Shown: in pieces, positions 49,585 to 62,168 of the stretch
Layout: each line of letters opens with the position of its first letter
Position numbering within the stretch: position 1 is the first letter of the stretch
DNA from: Aplysia californica
Lineage: Eukaryota
DNA length: 64,000 nt
NCBI RefSeq assembly: GCF_000002075.1
Contig: NW_004797425.1
Location: forward strand, 994,145-1,058,144
Reading direction: 5' to 3'
The notes under the pieces: generated by a model
Database searches by the model: none
What the model saw: only the letters and a program-made list of their open reading frames with translations
Told to the model about the DNA's origin: nothing
Translations under genes and position numbers: made by a program

Positions 49585-50592
49585 GGGGGCCCTCGTTGTC
49601 TATAGGTTAAGGTGTTCGCCTCTCATTCAATGGGTCCCAGGTTCGAATCCGGATAGCAACGGAAAATTTTATTCTCCAAAATTTTCTCCTTTCACCTCTT
49701 TTCCTGCTCTCCAACAATGTTCTATCGTCTATTTTCGTCTCCACTATCAACCCCCACCTCCTCACCTTTTTTTCCCCCGGTGTCCTGATGGTACAGATAT
49801 TTGGTCGCTTTTAAGCACAAGGGGGCTATCCCGAAAAATGCTGTTTTGAGAAAATCGAAGGTAAAGTTTTTGCCCCTTGTACAATTTCTTTAAAAGACAA
49901 GGAGAGTTTTCTTTATAACCGGACAAATATACACACCAATGAGACCAAACTTCTCCTATAGGTAGGGCAATGCCCACTTCTGGTGTTGGTCAAAATTTCT
50001 GGAAACCCCAAAAATCTAGGTTGGCCCACTTGTCCTTAAAAGCGACCATTTGTAGGTTACGTAAAAATGTGTTGAAATGGTGCAAATTGTTATGTTTCAA
50101 GGAGAACAAAACAAGAAAAACAACGAGAAAAAGTGGAATTGTTTAGTCGATGATGATGAGATGATGGTAACAATGATCATGCTGTAATGCAGGAAATGAT
50201 GTGCATGTTATTCTTAAAGTTAGTGTTAAGTCCCACCCCCTCACTCCTCTGCCCCCTCCTTTGGGCTCCTGATTCTTTCTGCAGTCTTTCTACTGCTACT
50301 CCTTGGCTCCTTACTGCTGTATGTCAGCCACACCCCTGATCTTATGGTAGGTAAGATCTACATGTAGCCTTCTCAGATTAGGGCGAAAAATCGTGGAGTT
50401 CCCATGTGCAAGTTGTGCACGTTAAAGATCACTTGGTGGTCCAAAGTCTATAATAGTAGGCTTCGGCCGCCACCCAGTAAAAATTCAAAATTTCCTACCA
50501 TGTGAAATTGTTTGATGTGTCCCGCGTGTTCATATGACCTTATCATACTTATGCAGTTGCAAGCACCGTAAAATACTTACCAAAAAAAAAAA
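49585..50592 (+). mobile_element. SINE family B split by a ~465-bp insertion
   Basis: tRNA head (GGTTCGAATCC) to ~49765; body resumes at ~50232 and ends with tail plus poly-A. Confidence 0.78.
49800..50051. mobile_element. MITE with ~30-bp TIR (superfamily unassigned) inside SINE B
   Basis: TGGTCGCTTTTAAGCACAAGGGGGC vs reverse complement TGGTCGCTTTTAAGGACAAGTGGGC. Confidence 0.7.
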
Positions 50593-50779
50593 AGCATCCG
50601 GCTCTTCAGAGTGGTAAAGTTTGGCCTAATTTGTAGTCAATTAGAGTTTAGTTTTTGTATTGTCATGACTGTAAAAACAACATTGCCAATGTAGCACAGA
50701 TTGATATTGGTTCCCCAATTTTTTTAAAGAATGTGTTTTGATTATCATTATTGTCTCCTTTCTAACTTGCTTTACCCCC

Positions 50780-51165
50780 CGTGGCAGTGCCACTGACTGT
50801 AGTGTCTTTAGGCCATTCCCAAAGGGGGGACATTTTTCGTTTAGGCACAGTAGAATTGTAAATGGGCTGATTCATGTCACGCTCATAACTGTGCCTGATC
50901 TACAACAGGGAACTGCTGCTTTTTCTTTCTTAATCCTTACTATTGTCATTTCCTCTACTTTTTTTGTATGTTTGTCACTCTCTTGTGACTTGCTATTTCC
51001 GGGGTGCCTTGATAGTCGAAGCAGACCTTGTGCTGTTGAAGCTAGAGAGGTGAGCAGAATAAGTCTGATTCCCTGTAAAGACTTCTCTGTTGACACCCAC
51101 CCCTTGGAGCTCATATGACCGTATGCAGTTGTGAGCGCCGTAAAACCCTCTACTATAAAAAAAAA
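50780..51165 (+). mobile_element. I/Nimb-like LINE 3' UTR fragment
   Basis: Second copy of the 27690-28080 element; contains a GGCACAGT...ACTGTGCC hairpin. Confidence 0.7.
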
Positions 51166-51200
51166 ATAACTTGCTTTCCTTGTGAAATTTTCATTTTCAG

Positions 51201-51280
51201 AAACAGTATTCAAATGCTTTGCCTTTCAAGGCAGGGGATAAAGGTTGGGGACTGAGAGCTGAAGAAGATTTCTCTGAGAA
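51201..51280 (+). CDS. SETD2: SETD2 exon, SET start (KQYSNALPFKAGDKGWGLRAEEDFSE)
   Basis: ttttcag|AAA...GAG AA|gtaagt; GWGLRA motif. Confidence 0.95.
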
Positions 51281-51442
51281 GTAAGTGTTAGAAATATACC
51301 TTCTAGTATTGCAATGTTATTTCAGTATAGTTTCTTATACATCTGCTCATGGTAGATATTGCAGGGGTTCCCCTGGTTTTGCATCTTCTGCCTTTTTGTG
51401 CATATTTGTTGTTTTTAAAAAATCTCAACACCTTACTGTTAA

Positions 51443-52133
51443 CTCTTTTCCTCCCAGGCCAAAATCCACCACTGGCCCAGGGCTTTTCCCTGACCTATTT
51501 TTACACCCCTACCCTATGAAAAGAAAATATCGAACAAACATCCAACTAAACACACACAGACCATATCACATGGCCCATCAAACTGAAGGTTAAAAAATAA
51601 TCTATCAGATGGTGGTACAATATTGAAGATTTATTCCAATTATATTAGTTTGAGGTTTCTAAAATTGATTATGCGATATCTAAGGTGTTGTATGAAATCG
51701 ACAATTTTCCAGCTTTGAAAGGTCATAACTAAAAAAAGTACAACAATAGCATCATTCAAACTTCCCAGGTATGTTGCCTCAAATAATGCAAAAAAATGCT
51801 GAAAGTTATGTATGTGTGCCTATTATAGAAGTGAAAATATGAGACATAGAATCTATACTGAAGTCAGGGGAGCACTTTTCTTTTCATTTTTATGTTTCGA
51901 AGGGGACAGAAAAAAGCGCTGTAATGACTAAAAATCGTCTGTCAGTGCTACATTTTCTTTCATGTCCCCTAACAGGAAGTCTCTTCTATTATTTCGAAAA
52001 CATGGATCGCCCGAGAATTTCGTGCTTTTTATTTAGTGGATTGGAATAGATGGCGAGCAGCTCGAGACGTATTTTGCGGCTGTCGGTCCAGCGAGGCCAC
52101 ATATGCGAGCTGCAAAATGTGGTAGGAAAAGTG
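51443..52133. mobile_element. piggyBac-type MITE
   Basis: TTAA|CTCTTTTCCTCC ... GGTAGGAAAAGTG|TTAA. Confidence 0.65.
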
Positions 52134-52324
52134 TTAAGGGATATGTATTCTAGAGAGCAATTAAAGAAATTTGTTTTCATTGTCTTAGTTGTTTTTCTAT
52201 TGTGGGTCCAGTGTTTGGAACACGTAGCTCATGTGTTTAGTACTTGTTAAGGATAAGAGTCAAGGCATAGCAATATGCTCTTATGAGATGGGTTTTTAAA
52301 TTGTCTTCTTTAATCTTCTTCCAG

Positions 52325-52526
52325 GGGCACATTCATCATGGAGTATGTTGGTGAGTTGCTGGGCTATGAAGAGTTTGTGCGTCGCACACGTCAGTATGCC
52401 AAGACAAACCTCATCCACCACTACTTCATGGCACTGAACGCCGACGAGGTCGTGGATGCCACACTCAAAGGCAGCATATCACGCTTCATCAACCACAGCT
52501 GTGATCCCAACTGTGAGACTCAGAAG
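52325..52526 (+). CDS. SETD2: SETD2 exon, SET core
   Basis: ttccag|G GGC ACA...CAG AAG|gttggt; FIMEYVGE...RFINHSCDPNCETQK. Confidence 0.97.
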
Positions 52527-52624
52527 GTTGGTTTTGTTGATTTTTTTTTAATAGTCTAAGTCAATAATCAAAGCAGAAATAAATTGTTCAAGTTTCAACT
52601 TTAAAAAAAAACAATACCTATTAA

Positions 52625-53376
52625 CTCATTCGCTGCATATTATTTTGGGCTTGTGGACGAAATTTTTTCCGGAGGACGAAATGAAATGATGACTAGTGCG
52701 CTTTTCAAAGGCCTTTGGGGCCACAAATTCAAATAAATATCAACATATTATATACTAAAATTTTCAGTATGATTTGTAAAACACATCTGAAATGTTTTTT
52801 TGTGTATTTTTAGACTTTGGTTCCTGTAATAGACGATTATGCAACAGAATTTTGCTTGGATGGGGATAAAATTTGAAATAAAAAGTTAATAATCTTTGGT
52901 GAAACTCACAAAATATGTTTACACCTTGTCAAATGATACATCAAAATAACCATAAATGAATAGAACTGGAAAGTATTGAAAAATATGTAGTTATTTACAT
53001 ACATTCTACAAAATTTGTACTTTTGGATCGTAACATATTGATATTGAAAATTTTTTTTACAATCTTGAAAAAAGACAAGATACTTTCACAAAGAGAAAAA
53101 AATACTAGTATCTTATATGGAATATAATCTTGAAAAAAGGACAAGATGCTTTCACAAAGAGAAAAAAACACTAGTATCTTATATGGAATATAATCTTGAA
53201 AAAAGGACAAGATGCTTTCACAAAGAAAAAAAACACTAGTATCTTATATGGAATATAATCTTGAAAAAAGGACAAGATGCTTTCACAAAGAGAAAAAAAC
53301 ACTAGTATCTTATATGGAATATAATCTTGAAAAAAGGACAAGATCCTTTCACAAAGAGAAAAAAGCTGTGAATGAG
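52625..53376. mobile_element. piggyBac-type MITE carrying a ~65-bp minisatellite (53061-53364, ~4.6 copies)
   Basis: TTAA|CTCATTCGCTGC ... GCTGTGAATGAG|TTAA; unit AATCTTGAAAAAAGGACAAGATGCTTTCACAAAGAG...CTAGTATCTTATATGGAATAT. Confidence 0.78.
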
Positions 53377-53677
53377 TTAAGTACAATCTTACTAGTCTAC
53401 AAAAGGTGTTTTAACCTTGTGATCTCTTCATTGTCTGTGGTAATACAGAGAGTGAGTTGAGTGAAGCCTCCTTCTGCGCACATGTTTGGCACATGCCACC
53501 ACTCAATGGAACTGGCCAATTCATCTCATATTCTAAGGGGGTATCTTATGTAAGACTTCTCTTTGTAAATTATGATTATTAGACTTATTTCTTGTTTCAT
53601 CTGTGTACTTTATGTTTGAAGGGATTTCATGAGTGTGGCTTTCATTTGAATTTTATGATGCTGTTCTTGATTCACAG

Positions 53678-53775
53678 TGGACTGTCAATGGGGAACTTCG
53701 AGTTGGTTTCTTCACCCGTAAAGAGATCAAGGAAGGAGAAGAGCTGACATTTGACTACCAGTTTGAGCACTATGG
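53678..53775 (+). CDS. SETD2: SETD2 exon, SET end (WTVNGELRVGFF...ELTFDYQFEHYG)
   Basis: cacag|TGG...TAT GG|gtacgt; 98 nt. Confidence 0.97.
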
Positions 53776-54353
53776 GTACGTGGTAACAATGGTTGAGAGA
53801 GAGTCCCATTTTGTCTGTTTATAATCCTCCTAGTGCTGCAAGAGAAATGTTGCAAGTGTACTTTGAATAGTGCATAGAGACTTTGCAGCAGCAAAACTTT
53901 GGCAGTTCACATTTTCTAACCTCTCAAGACATATATGTAGTCCTTTGGCAAAAGAACACTATATGTGAAGTTTATCTTCAGTTTGTGACATGGAATAAAA
54001 TCTGACTGGTTTTCTTTGTCACAATCTCAGTAATAAGTAGAGCAAAATAACTTTTTGCCTTGATTCCACCATGTTCTTTTGTTATCATTTTTTTCATGGG
54101 ATCAAGCTTGGCTGTTTTTATCCTTTTATTTTATGAAATTATATGTCAGAGTATTGTCTTGTTCTTTTTTAAAAACTAAAGACATCTCCTTTGAATTATT
54201 TTTTGGGTGACATTTGAAGGGTTCAGGGGTAAATGTGGGTGATTTATGATTCTTACAAAATGTATGGAGGCTTTGCTTTTGTTTTTGCTAAGTTAACAAG
54301 GTTGAGAGAGATATTCATCTATGTGTCTTTCTTTTTCAAATTTGAAATGGCAG

Positions 54354-54477
54354 AGAGCCCCAGAAGTGTTACTGTGGATCAGAAAATTGTAGAGGGTATA
54401 TCGGACTTGTGAAGTCTACATCGAAAACGAATAAGAAGAAGGACAAGAAGAAGAAGGAGATATTCAAAGATGAACTG
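54354..54477 (+). CDS. SETD2: SETD2 exon, post-SET (EPQKCYCGSENCRGYIG...)
   Basis: ggcag|A GAG CCC...GAA CTG|gtgagt; CxCxxxxC zinc motif. Confidence 0.95.
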
Positions 54478-55041
54478 GTGAGTGACTTGTTCCAATGTAA
54501 TTTGAATATTAGCCTTGAGATGATTAATTCCTTATTGCTGAAGTGGGAACAACTGGTAACCTCTCTTTTATTCTTCTTCTTTTAATGATCTCAATTGTTT
54601 TTGCTTTTCTCCAATGCTTTTTCAATATTGGTTTGAATATGTATTTGGCATAAACTGTTGTGCTAGCTTAATTAAGACTATAAATATAATGAGCAACTCG
54701 CATCTGTCTTAGTGTACACCTGCATTTATGTAGATGTAGATGAGAGCAAGGAGAATTTGTATGAATTCAAATGAGAGGTCACTGATGTAAATGTGAGTCT
54801 AGAATTCATGTGGGGTTTTTTTACAGTCAGTAGTAGGCTTCTACAAAGTACCGCGGATTGAACCCCTTTTATTTGCATTGTACAACTCGTTATTGGAAAC
54901 AAGTGATTTTGGAATTATACAGGTAATGTTATGGTTCTTTTGTTCACTACAGTTCTGGGAGTTAGGGTTTTAACTTTTGATTGTTAGCTTTAATAGCTAA
55001 AAGTTCATGATTGTTACCTTTCTTGTTTCTGTGACAAACAG

Positions 55042-55173
55042 CTTGAGGAGGACATTGAGAAATTGTCCTCTCTAGATGGTATGAGGAACAAGAAGGATGT
55101 CCTGGAGCTCTGTCGACTCATGGTCAGGGCAGAGAAGGTGCAGCATCGCATGGCTTTACTCAAAATCATCCAG
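55042..55173 (+). CDS. SETD2: SETD2 exon (LEEDIEKL...LCRLMVRAE...LLKIIQ)
   Basis: aaacag|CTT...CAG|gtaaag; 132 nt. Confidence 0.94.
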
Positions 55174-55801
55174 GTAAAGCCCTTTTCCTTTGTTTACTTC
55201 ATGATTAGACTTGAAAATTATATCTAGGAAAGACGTTGTTTTCTGATTTTGATAAGTGGAGTTATAGAACCAAAAACTTGTCAGTTGTTGTGAACTTGGA
55301 AATGTTTAGTTCTTTCCTTGACTGTTCAGTTATACATGACTTGCTCAGTCTTGTAATTCCTAAGCCATATTTTTAAAAAAGTTTTTGTTTGAAGGAGTTA
55401 TTCAGGTTGCATTTTGTTCATTTTCGTAAGTCCTGCTGACACTGTTATATTGTTGTGGCTGCTATGATTCTCCAAGGTGTAATGGTGGATGGTTCAATAA
55501 TGCTGTTAATGGTATGTATATGTCCCAGTCTTGCTGTGTACCTACCAACCTTGTTGAGTACTTTGACAATCACCACTTCCCTTCTTGCTGACCAGCTTTC
55601 ATGAATACTCTTCATATATTGGTAGATTTATATTATAAGAAAGAAAACATTCCTGAAAACACCATATATCGTGCTGGTAGTCTTTTTACTGTAAACAAAA
55701 AGAGTCCTTGTGATAACCAAATAGTTTTGTATGGTCCTACTTTATCATATAATAATTATACTGTGAAACATCAGCACTCAAATTCTCCTATTTCTCTGTA
55801 G

Positions 55802-55927
55802 GATACGAGAGAGACTGCCTGTCTGCGTCTGTTCCTCGACTACCATGGTCTGTCTCTGTTTTGGAGCTGGATGACAGACATTGGCACCTCGGACTGCTCT
55901 GAAGAAGTGACGGAACTCAAGATTGTG
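55802..55927 (+). CDS. SETD2: SETD2 exon (CLRLFLDYHGLSLFWSWM)
   Basis: ctgtag|GAT...GTG|gtgtgt; 126 nt. Confidence 0.93.
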
Positions 55928-56226
55928 GTGTGTACTGACTGCTCGTCACTTTCTTCTTGTTTATTAATGCAGGCTTTTTTGTCGTTTTTCTCCGTTTTTA
56001 TGGGCTTAAAATGAATGCTAAAAATAGAAATGAGTTTCAGCAGACTATGTTATAGGAAGAGGTCAGTGGAATTTTAGATAATGTATTTGTAGGAATGATA
56101 GCAATAAGACAGACTTCAAAATTCATATCAAAGATTTGCTTTGTGAATGAGAAATAATCTGAATTTTCCCATTTCTTGAGTCACTTTGAACACAAAGCTG
56201 TACCGTGTTGACTTTTTCACTCGCAG

Positions 56227-56833
56227 ATTCTGACTGTTCTAAAGAACTTGCCCATCACCAACAAAACCATCCTAAGGGAGAGCAAAGTGCTGGATGCAGT
56301 AGAGAGGTGGGCTGTGGCTGCCGTTGCTGCTGCCAGAAATCCTCCCCCGCCGCCCCCTCCCACTTCCACCACCCCACCAGCAGCATCTACCTCAGCCCTT
56401 ACCCCTGCTGGTGACGCAGACGCAGAAGTCACTGAAGAAACCCCTTCTGTGAGTGCCCCAGAGGAAACGGAAGTGGAAGCGGATCCCCCAGCAACTACAG
56501 CTGAGGTAGCGGACAATAACGAAGCTGATGCTATCTCAGATTCCACTCCGGCTGTCAGCTCTTCCCCAACTGCGATGCCTGTGCAGGAAGAGCCAGGCCC
56601 AGTTGCCTCCCCCACTGAGGTCACCTGTGTTCCCCTTCCTGTAAGTGGTGTAAACTTGGTGTCAATCCTCGCCTCAGCCAAGGACAGCCGGGAGGCACGG
56701 AGCAAGCGCAGGGTAACCTTCGCTGAGGAGCCTGTGGATGCGGCTTTCTCCCCCGAACCTCGGGAAGATGGAGAGGAAGATAATGAAGACATTTCTTCCT
56801 CCACTCAAGAAGATGTTCAGGATGATGATGATG
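56227..56833 (+). CDS. SETD2: SETD2 exon (ILTVLKNLPITNKTILRESKVLDAVERW plus acidic/Pro linker)
   Basis: cgcag|ATT...GAT G|gttagt; phase 0 to 1. Confidence 0.92.
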
Positions 56834-57326
56834 GTTAGTATTTCATTGCATTTACATTTTATGTGAATGAAGTTAAAAAACAAGGAAGATTTGTTGTTCC
56901 GATCGCAGCAGCCTTTGTTGTCCTCATAGCTGCCACTTTCCCGCTAAATAGCGGAAACTCCGCTACATCTAGCTTTTCCCGCAACTTTCCTCCTTCCTCT
57001 GCTGGACGGCTCTTGGTCGCAAATTTCATACTTTTTTTTCCACGCGGAAAACACCGAACCGGGAGAGAGACGAAAACGTAGCTTTCTACTTCCGTTCTTC
57101 TAGGCCCAGCGCTAGTTTCACATTGTTTATTGTTGTGAGCAACACAGTGTCGATCGAGCATCGGGACGTTAGCGCGCCGAGTTGTCATTGAAATTGGCGG
57201 AAATTCGAGAGAAATTGATTCAGAATGCAAAAATAAAAGGAGCTGGAATGAGAAAGAAGCAGCCGGTGTGCGACTTGAAAAGTTCATTAGAAAATTGAAC
57301 TAGCCGTTTTTTGCGAAAGAAATCGC

Positions 57327-57602
57327 GGCACTCCTGTTACAGTCCTGTACAATTGCGGTCCCGTTTGTTTACATGACGGCTGTTGTGGCTGCTGCGGAAA
57401 TGAATCTAGATCTAGATCTAGGTCTAGAAAATCTATCTCTAGATATAATCTTTTTTTAGATCTACACATATTTAGATATATCTAGATCTAGATTAGATAG
57501 CCTAGGCTATAATTTTGATTCAGCTTATCTCTAAATAAGAAACACACTACAGACTACAGGGGCACTAAGTGCAAACGGGACCGCAATTGGTACAGGAGTG
57601 CC
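57327..57602. mobile_element. Small inverted-repeat element with TCTAGA-rich interior
   Basis: GGCACTCCTG..ACAATTGCGGTCCCGTTTG / CAAACGGGACCGCAATTGGTACAGGAGTGCC; sits in a larger CpG-rich insertion at ~56881-58140. Confidence 0.6.
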
Positions 57603-58292
57603 TGCATCCTTGATCCGATACTGCTCTACGTCTATGTATGTACACGTTTAAAGTGAAATAAATCTTTTTATGAGACACCAGCTGGCAAAAAACACTGGAT
57701 TTTTAGTCACCAAGTCCAAACTGTGTCAAATTGACTCGAATGCTTGTTAGTCAACTTACTGCCTTTATGTGGTTTTTTTTTTTTTTTCAAATACATTTTA
57801 ATTTTAATTCAGTTACCTATGGTTAACAATATGACAGTTTTCCCTTCCAAAACCGTAGGCTAGATTTTCCAGTATATATTGCCTCTGGATCTCACTGGTT
57901 TCGGAGAGCGCGCGTACGCCTTCGTGTGAATTTCCTCCTTTTTTTAAATTTCTGAGTGGCAGCTATGTGTCCTGTGATTTTCGGTAACCATGTGCTCAGT
58001 ACAGGGTGAGATTTGCTTCACTCTCTGAAAATCACATGGTGTGACAAAAAAAACTTTCCTGCTTATCTTTGAGCTGGTGCGTTTGTCGTTGAAAGGAGTG
58101 GACAAAATAATTTCCGATTTTGAAAATGTCACATTCCTTGGAAACAAGTTAAGCCTATGTTGCATCCTATGCTATCATAATGTGGACATATATCTGGCAT
58201 TTAGACATATTAGTTTTTTATGAGTAGACAGATTGCAGTTTTGTTGCTTTGCCATACCATATAACAGTCTGATCTCTTTTTTACCTCCTCAG

Positions 58293-58537
58293 ATGCTGCA
58301 ACAGCTGCTGATCAGGAAGGTCAGTCAGAAGTACCGACTGAGCAAGCAGAAGGTTCTGGAAGTGCAGTGGCTGACTCCACCAGCCAGAAGGACACGGAAG
58401 ATTCCTCCGCACCTTCTCAGGCAGAGGCAGAGGCAGAGGATGATGACAGTGATGAGCTGTCGGAGGCAGATTTCCTCAGCAAGAGTCCCCTAGCGCGACT
58501 GGCCACAGAGTTGTTGGCTTTGTGGAGTACGCTCAAG
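58293..58537 (+). CDS. SETD2: SETD2 exon (...LATELLALWSTLK)
   Basis: cctcag|AT GCT...AAG|gtgtgt; phase 1 to 0. Confidence 0.92.
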
Positions 58538-58649
58538 GTGTGTGATTTCATCCGTGACGTTGTCTTGTCCTGTCTTAGGTTGTTTGTGACGTGTGTCATG
58601 TTCTGATGTCAGTGGCATTGCTTTGTCTTTCAACGTCTGACATTGTCAT

Positions 58650-58792
58650 GCCTTGTGATGTTTTTGCCAGTGTCTTGCCCTCTGATGTCTGCGTTGCTGT
58701 CTTGCCCTCTGATGTCTGCGTTGCTGTCTTGTCCTTTGAAGTCTGTTGTGTTGTCTTGTCCTCTGATGTTGCAGCAATGTCTTGTTCCCTGA
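58650..58792. repeat. 27-bp minisatellite
   Basis: TGTCTTGCCCTCTGATGTCTGCGTTGC, about 5 degenerate copies. Confidence 0.85.
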
Positions 58793-59877
58793 TGTCTTGT
58801 CAGGAGTGAGTGATTTTATTGAGGGTTGAATGTCAGTCTGGAATGCAGGTGCTCTGATGTGGTCTGCTTCTTCTTTCCTATGGAACATCTGTCGTCTTTA
58901 GAACATCTGTCGTCTTTATCTCCCCTCCGTGTTTTTTGTGTTTGTTACTCCCTTGTAACACTTCTAATCTTCCGCACTTCTATGACCTTATTGTGTTGCA
59001 AGTGCTGTGAAACACTCACTAAAGCTAAAAAAGGAATGCAGTGGAAACTGCCTGTTTGCTTTTTCTCCTTTCCTCTTTGCTCTCACTCTATGTGTCTCTC
59101 TCTCTGTGTCTCTTCCTCCCACAAAACACCAATCTTTGCTTCCTCCTCCATCCTGTTGATTCTTCTGCTACTTCCCTTTCAATCTTAGACTGCTGTAGAT
59201 TCAGCCACTTATCCAAACATTTTGTCAAAGAACATTCACCCTCTGAAACCACAAATCACCCATTTTGTACTCACCATAGGACACATGATCGCTTTTTATT
59301 AAACAGATGATTGGTGGTTATGAAAGTTAAGGCAGAACTAGTTCACAAGTTGATACTCAAAATGTAGATTGAATTGCGGGTGGTTGGCAGGTGCTCTGGT
59401 GTGGTTTGCTCCTTTTTTCCCAATATCTATAGTCCTTATCTATCTTTTTTTTTGTATGTTACTAACACCTTTAACCTTTGGTACTTATAATACCTTATTT
59501 TTTTGCAGTTTTGTCTAACTCTTACAAAACTAAATTTAGAGTGAATTTTCAGAAACTTACTTCATGGGTTTTTTGTCCCTATGTGAAAGGATTTTAGAGA
59601 CAAAGTAGATTCCTGACTTGAAATAGGAAACAAACTTTAAGTACTAATGCAAAAGTTGTAAATTCTAGCACTGAGCATTAGAACAAAATAGGGTAGGACA
59701 TATTAACTCAAAAGTATCTTTTAAATGTAACAGTATTAGTTAACATGTGCAGTCTTGTGAAATGTCCTCTTACTGGTTGTTTTCTGTATCCATAAGAGAT
59801 CATTGCATGAGCATTTTTGAGTTCTCTAAATTGTTGATAATATTCTATCAATTACATATTTTAATAAACGTCTCCAG

Positions 59878-59941
59878 GAAATTTTCAAGATTCCAAAGAA
59901 GGAGCGGGTTGAGGAGAGAAAGAGGACAGAAAGAGAACTGG
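59878..59941 (+). CDS. SETD2: SETD2 exon (EIFKIPKKERVEERKRTEREL)
   Basis: ctccag|GAA...CTG G|gtaagc; phase 0 to 1. Confidence 0.92.
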
Positions 59942-60907
59942 GTAAGCAAATATTGTCTAAGTGGAAGAAAATACTTTTTAAATGTGTGTCTTGTTTTACT
60001 TGGTATGGCGTTCTACTAAAGAAGACTGATGTTTAGATTTTTGGTGCAGCAAAAGTGCAATAATCATACAAGCATTGATCTTTTGATGTTGTCAACATCA
60101 ATGCTAGGTTAGAGAGTTTGATGTGAAAAACTTGCTAAAACAGATAAGGCAGAGGAGGGGTGCAGTAAACAGATTTTTGCGGACAACGTCCAGCCTTCTA
60201 TAAATACATGTGCGTGTCCTCTCCTGATGGTGTGAATAAATCTCTCTTCTCTAGGATTGAATGTTAAAACTGGTAAGTTGCAGTTTTGAAGTCTGATATT
60301 TTCTCTTAAAATATGCATCTTTTCTGTGAAAGCTCACAATTTTGTTCAGTTTCAGGGAAAATAAAAATGTTCACCCCCTTCTTTTTTAATTTCCATGTCA
60401 GCTAACGTTGGTTGGTTCTTTATTTTGGAAGTTTATGCAATGTATGTTTTGTTGCGATGTAGAAAATAAATTTACTTTTGATAACAAGTGTTCTTACGCT
60501 TTGAACTTTCATTTTTCAGTTCTTTGTTAACAGTTATTTTAACATATTGTTTTTTACTCTAGATTTAATTGCATAGTGATATTTCTTGACTTTCCATCAA
60601 TACACATAAATGCTTTGAAGAAAAAAGCCTTAAGTTCAAATAGGAAGTCTTTGAAATCAACATTATTGTGGTTATGGTTTTCCATGTTACTGAGACAAAT
60701 TGAATTATATATAAGGCCTAAAATTATTCACTTGGCAAATTTGGATAAAATCCGACTAGAGATCAATGGGATCAAGGACACAAGATAGATTGATATATTT
60801 TGTCGACAGCTGGCTGTAAAAATTGTTGTTTACTGGTTTGTCAAAATGTCTGCGAGGAACTGCTTTTTATATAAATTTGTAACAAATGTTATCATCCTTA
60901 CTTTCAG

Positions 60908-60940
60908 ATGTATTGTCCAAAAAGGAGACTGGTACATCAG
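60908..60940 (+). CDS. SETD2: SETD2 33-nt symmetric micro-exon (DVLSKKETGTS)
   Basis: ctttcag|AT GTA...TCA G|gtcagt; phase 1 to 1, so it can be skipped in frame. Confidence 0.65.
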
Positions 60941-61253
60941 GTCAGTATAGATTTTATAATTTTAATTTTTCAGTGACCATTAATGTTGGTAGATATGTCA
61001 AGTAAATATTATAACTTTGAAAGAGTTCTCTAATTCTTAGAGGGGGGGGGGGGTATTGTTTTGTGCTCTATTCCTATCATAGTTGCGTTTTTTGCCCCTT
61101 ATCATTTAAAGAAAATTCTTTAAAACTGATTTTTTAAAAATACAGTGTATGGTATTTTCAGGGATAATCACCTCTGTTCTTGGAATTCATGGTATGTAAC
61201 AGGACGGCTCCATGAAGGTTTTTAAGGGTAAAGCAGATATTTGTGTTTTCTAA

Positions 61254-61990
61254 GGGAGAAAACATAGAGAACGCCGATTTCGGAGACTGGCTCAGTAAGC
61301 GCCGATAGGTATAAAAATTTCCTTATGATTTTCAACTTGCCCTACATAGAGCTGGCAGACTGCAGGCGGCTTTAAACTCGGATAGGCGTTGTCGGCTTTA
61401 TCGGAATCCCAACTACATTCTTATTACGCCGAAAAAGTGGGAAGGGCGTCTCGCTGTCAGCTCGTGACCGCAGTTCTTTCTTGTCGTATCTCCATTTTTT
61501 AACTGTGAAAATGTGACTTCTTCTTAAGCTCACTCTTTGTTGTGAACTGCTTTCACTGTTATTAAAAATGGAGATGCGACAAGAAAGCACTGAGGTCGCG
61601 GACTCCCAGTGCCGTCTCGCCGTCGCCAACTCGGGTTGAGCGGTTTGTGTGACGTCACCCGACCGGACAGGGGACAATTTTAAATGGACATTTCAGGACT
61701 GGTGCTTCACGGTAGACAAAAACTAATTACATTTTTTAAATCAGCGTCGTCAAATTAGGGTGGTCACAGAGCAGAATTACATTTTAAGCAATATTTTAGG
61801 AATTTCGAGGTTTTTTTAAAATCCCCAAATAAATGCTTCATAAATACCAGCTGTGTTGTGGTGTCATTTTTTCTTATATCTAGATCTAGGCTTTAGGCGC
61901 CCTCTATGTGGAGTCAAGTAGACACCTACTGGCGCCTGTCCGCGTCGATCTTCAGCCGCTTACGTTTCGGCGTTCTTTATGTTATCGCCC
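61254..61990. mobile_element. PIF/Harbinger-type MITE
   Basis: 3-bp TSD TAA; TIR GGGAGAAAACATAGAGAACGCCGA vs reverse complement GGGCGATAACATAAAGAACGCCGA. Confidence 0.78.
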
Positions 61991-62095
61991 TAATGCAAAA
62001 CTCTTGAGCTGTTCAAGGCTTACTTTCCTTTGAATGTATTGTTGTGCCTAATGAATCACATCATAAATTATCAAATTTTGGCTCTCTATCCACAG

Positions 62096-62168
62096 ATCCA
62101 TTTGCCAAGTGGAAGAAGTCGACTGCTCGATTTTCACACAGGAAAAGATCCATAGAGGAGGATGACAG
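62096..62168 (+). CDS. SETD2: SETD2 exon (DPFAKWKKSTARFSHRKRSIEEDDR)
   Basis: ccacag|AT CCA...GAC AG|gtaagt; phase 1 to 2, which bridges the flanking exons. Confidence 0.85.

Noticed and set aside
52460-52490. KGSISRF instead of the usual KGNxSRF in the SET domain
   Set aside because: Other active SET domains vary at this position; RFINHSC, ELTFDY and the post-SET cysteines are intact.
53061-53364. CRISPR-like array
   Set aside because: Head-to-tail repeats with no unique spacers, in a eukaryotic intron.
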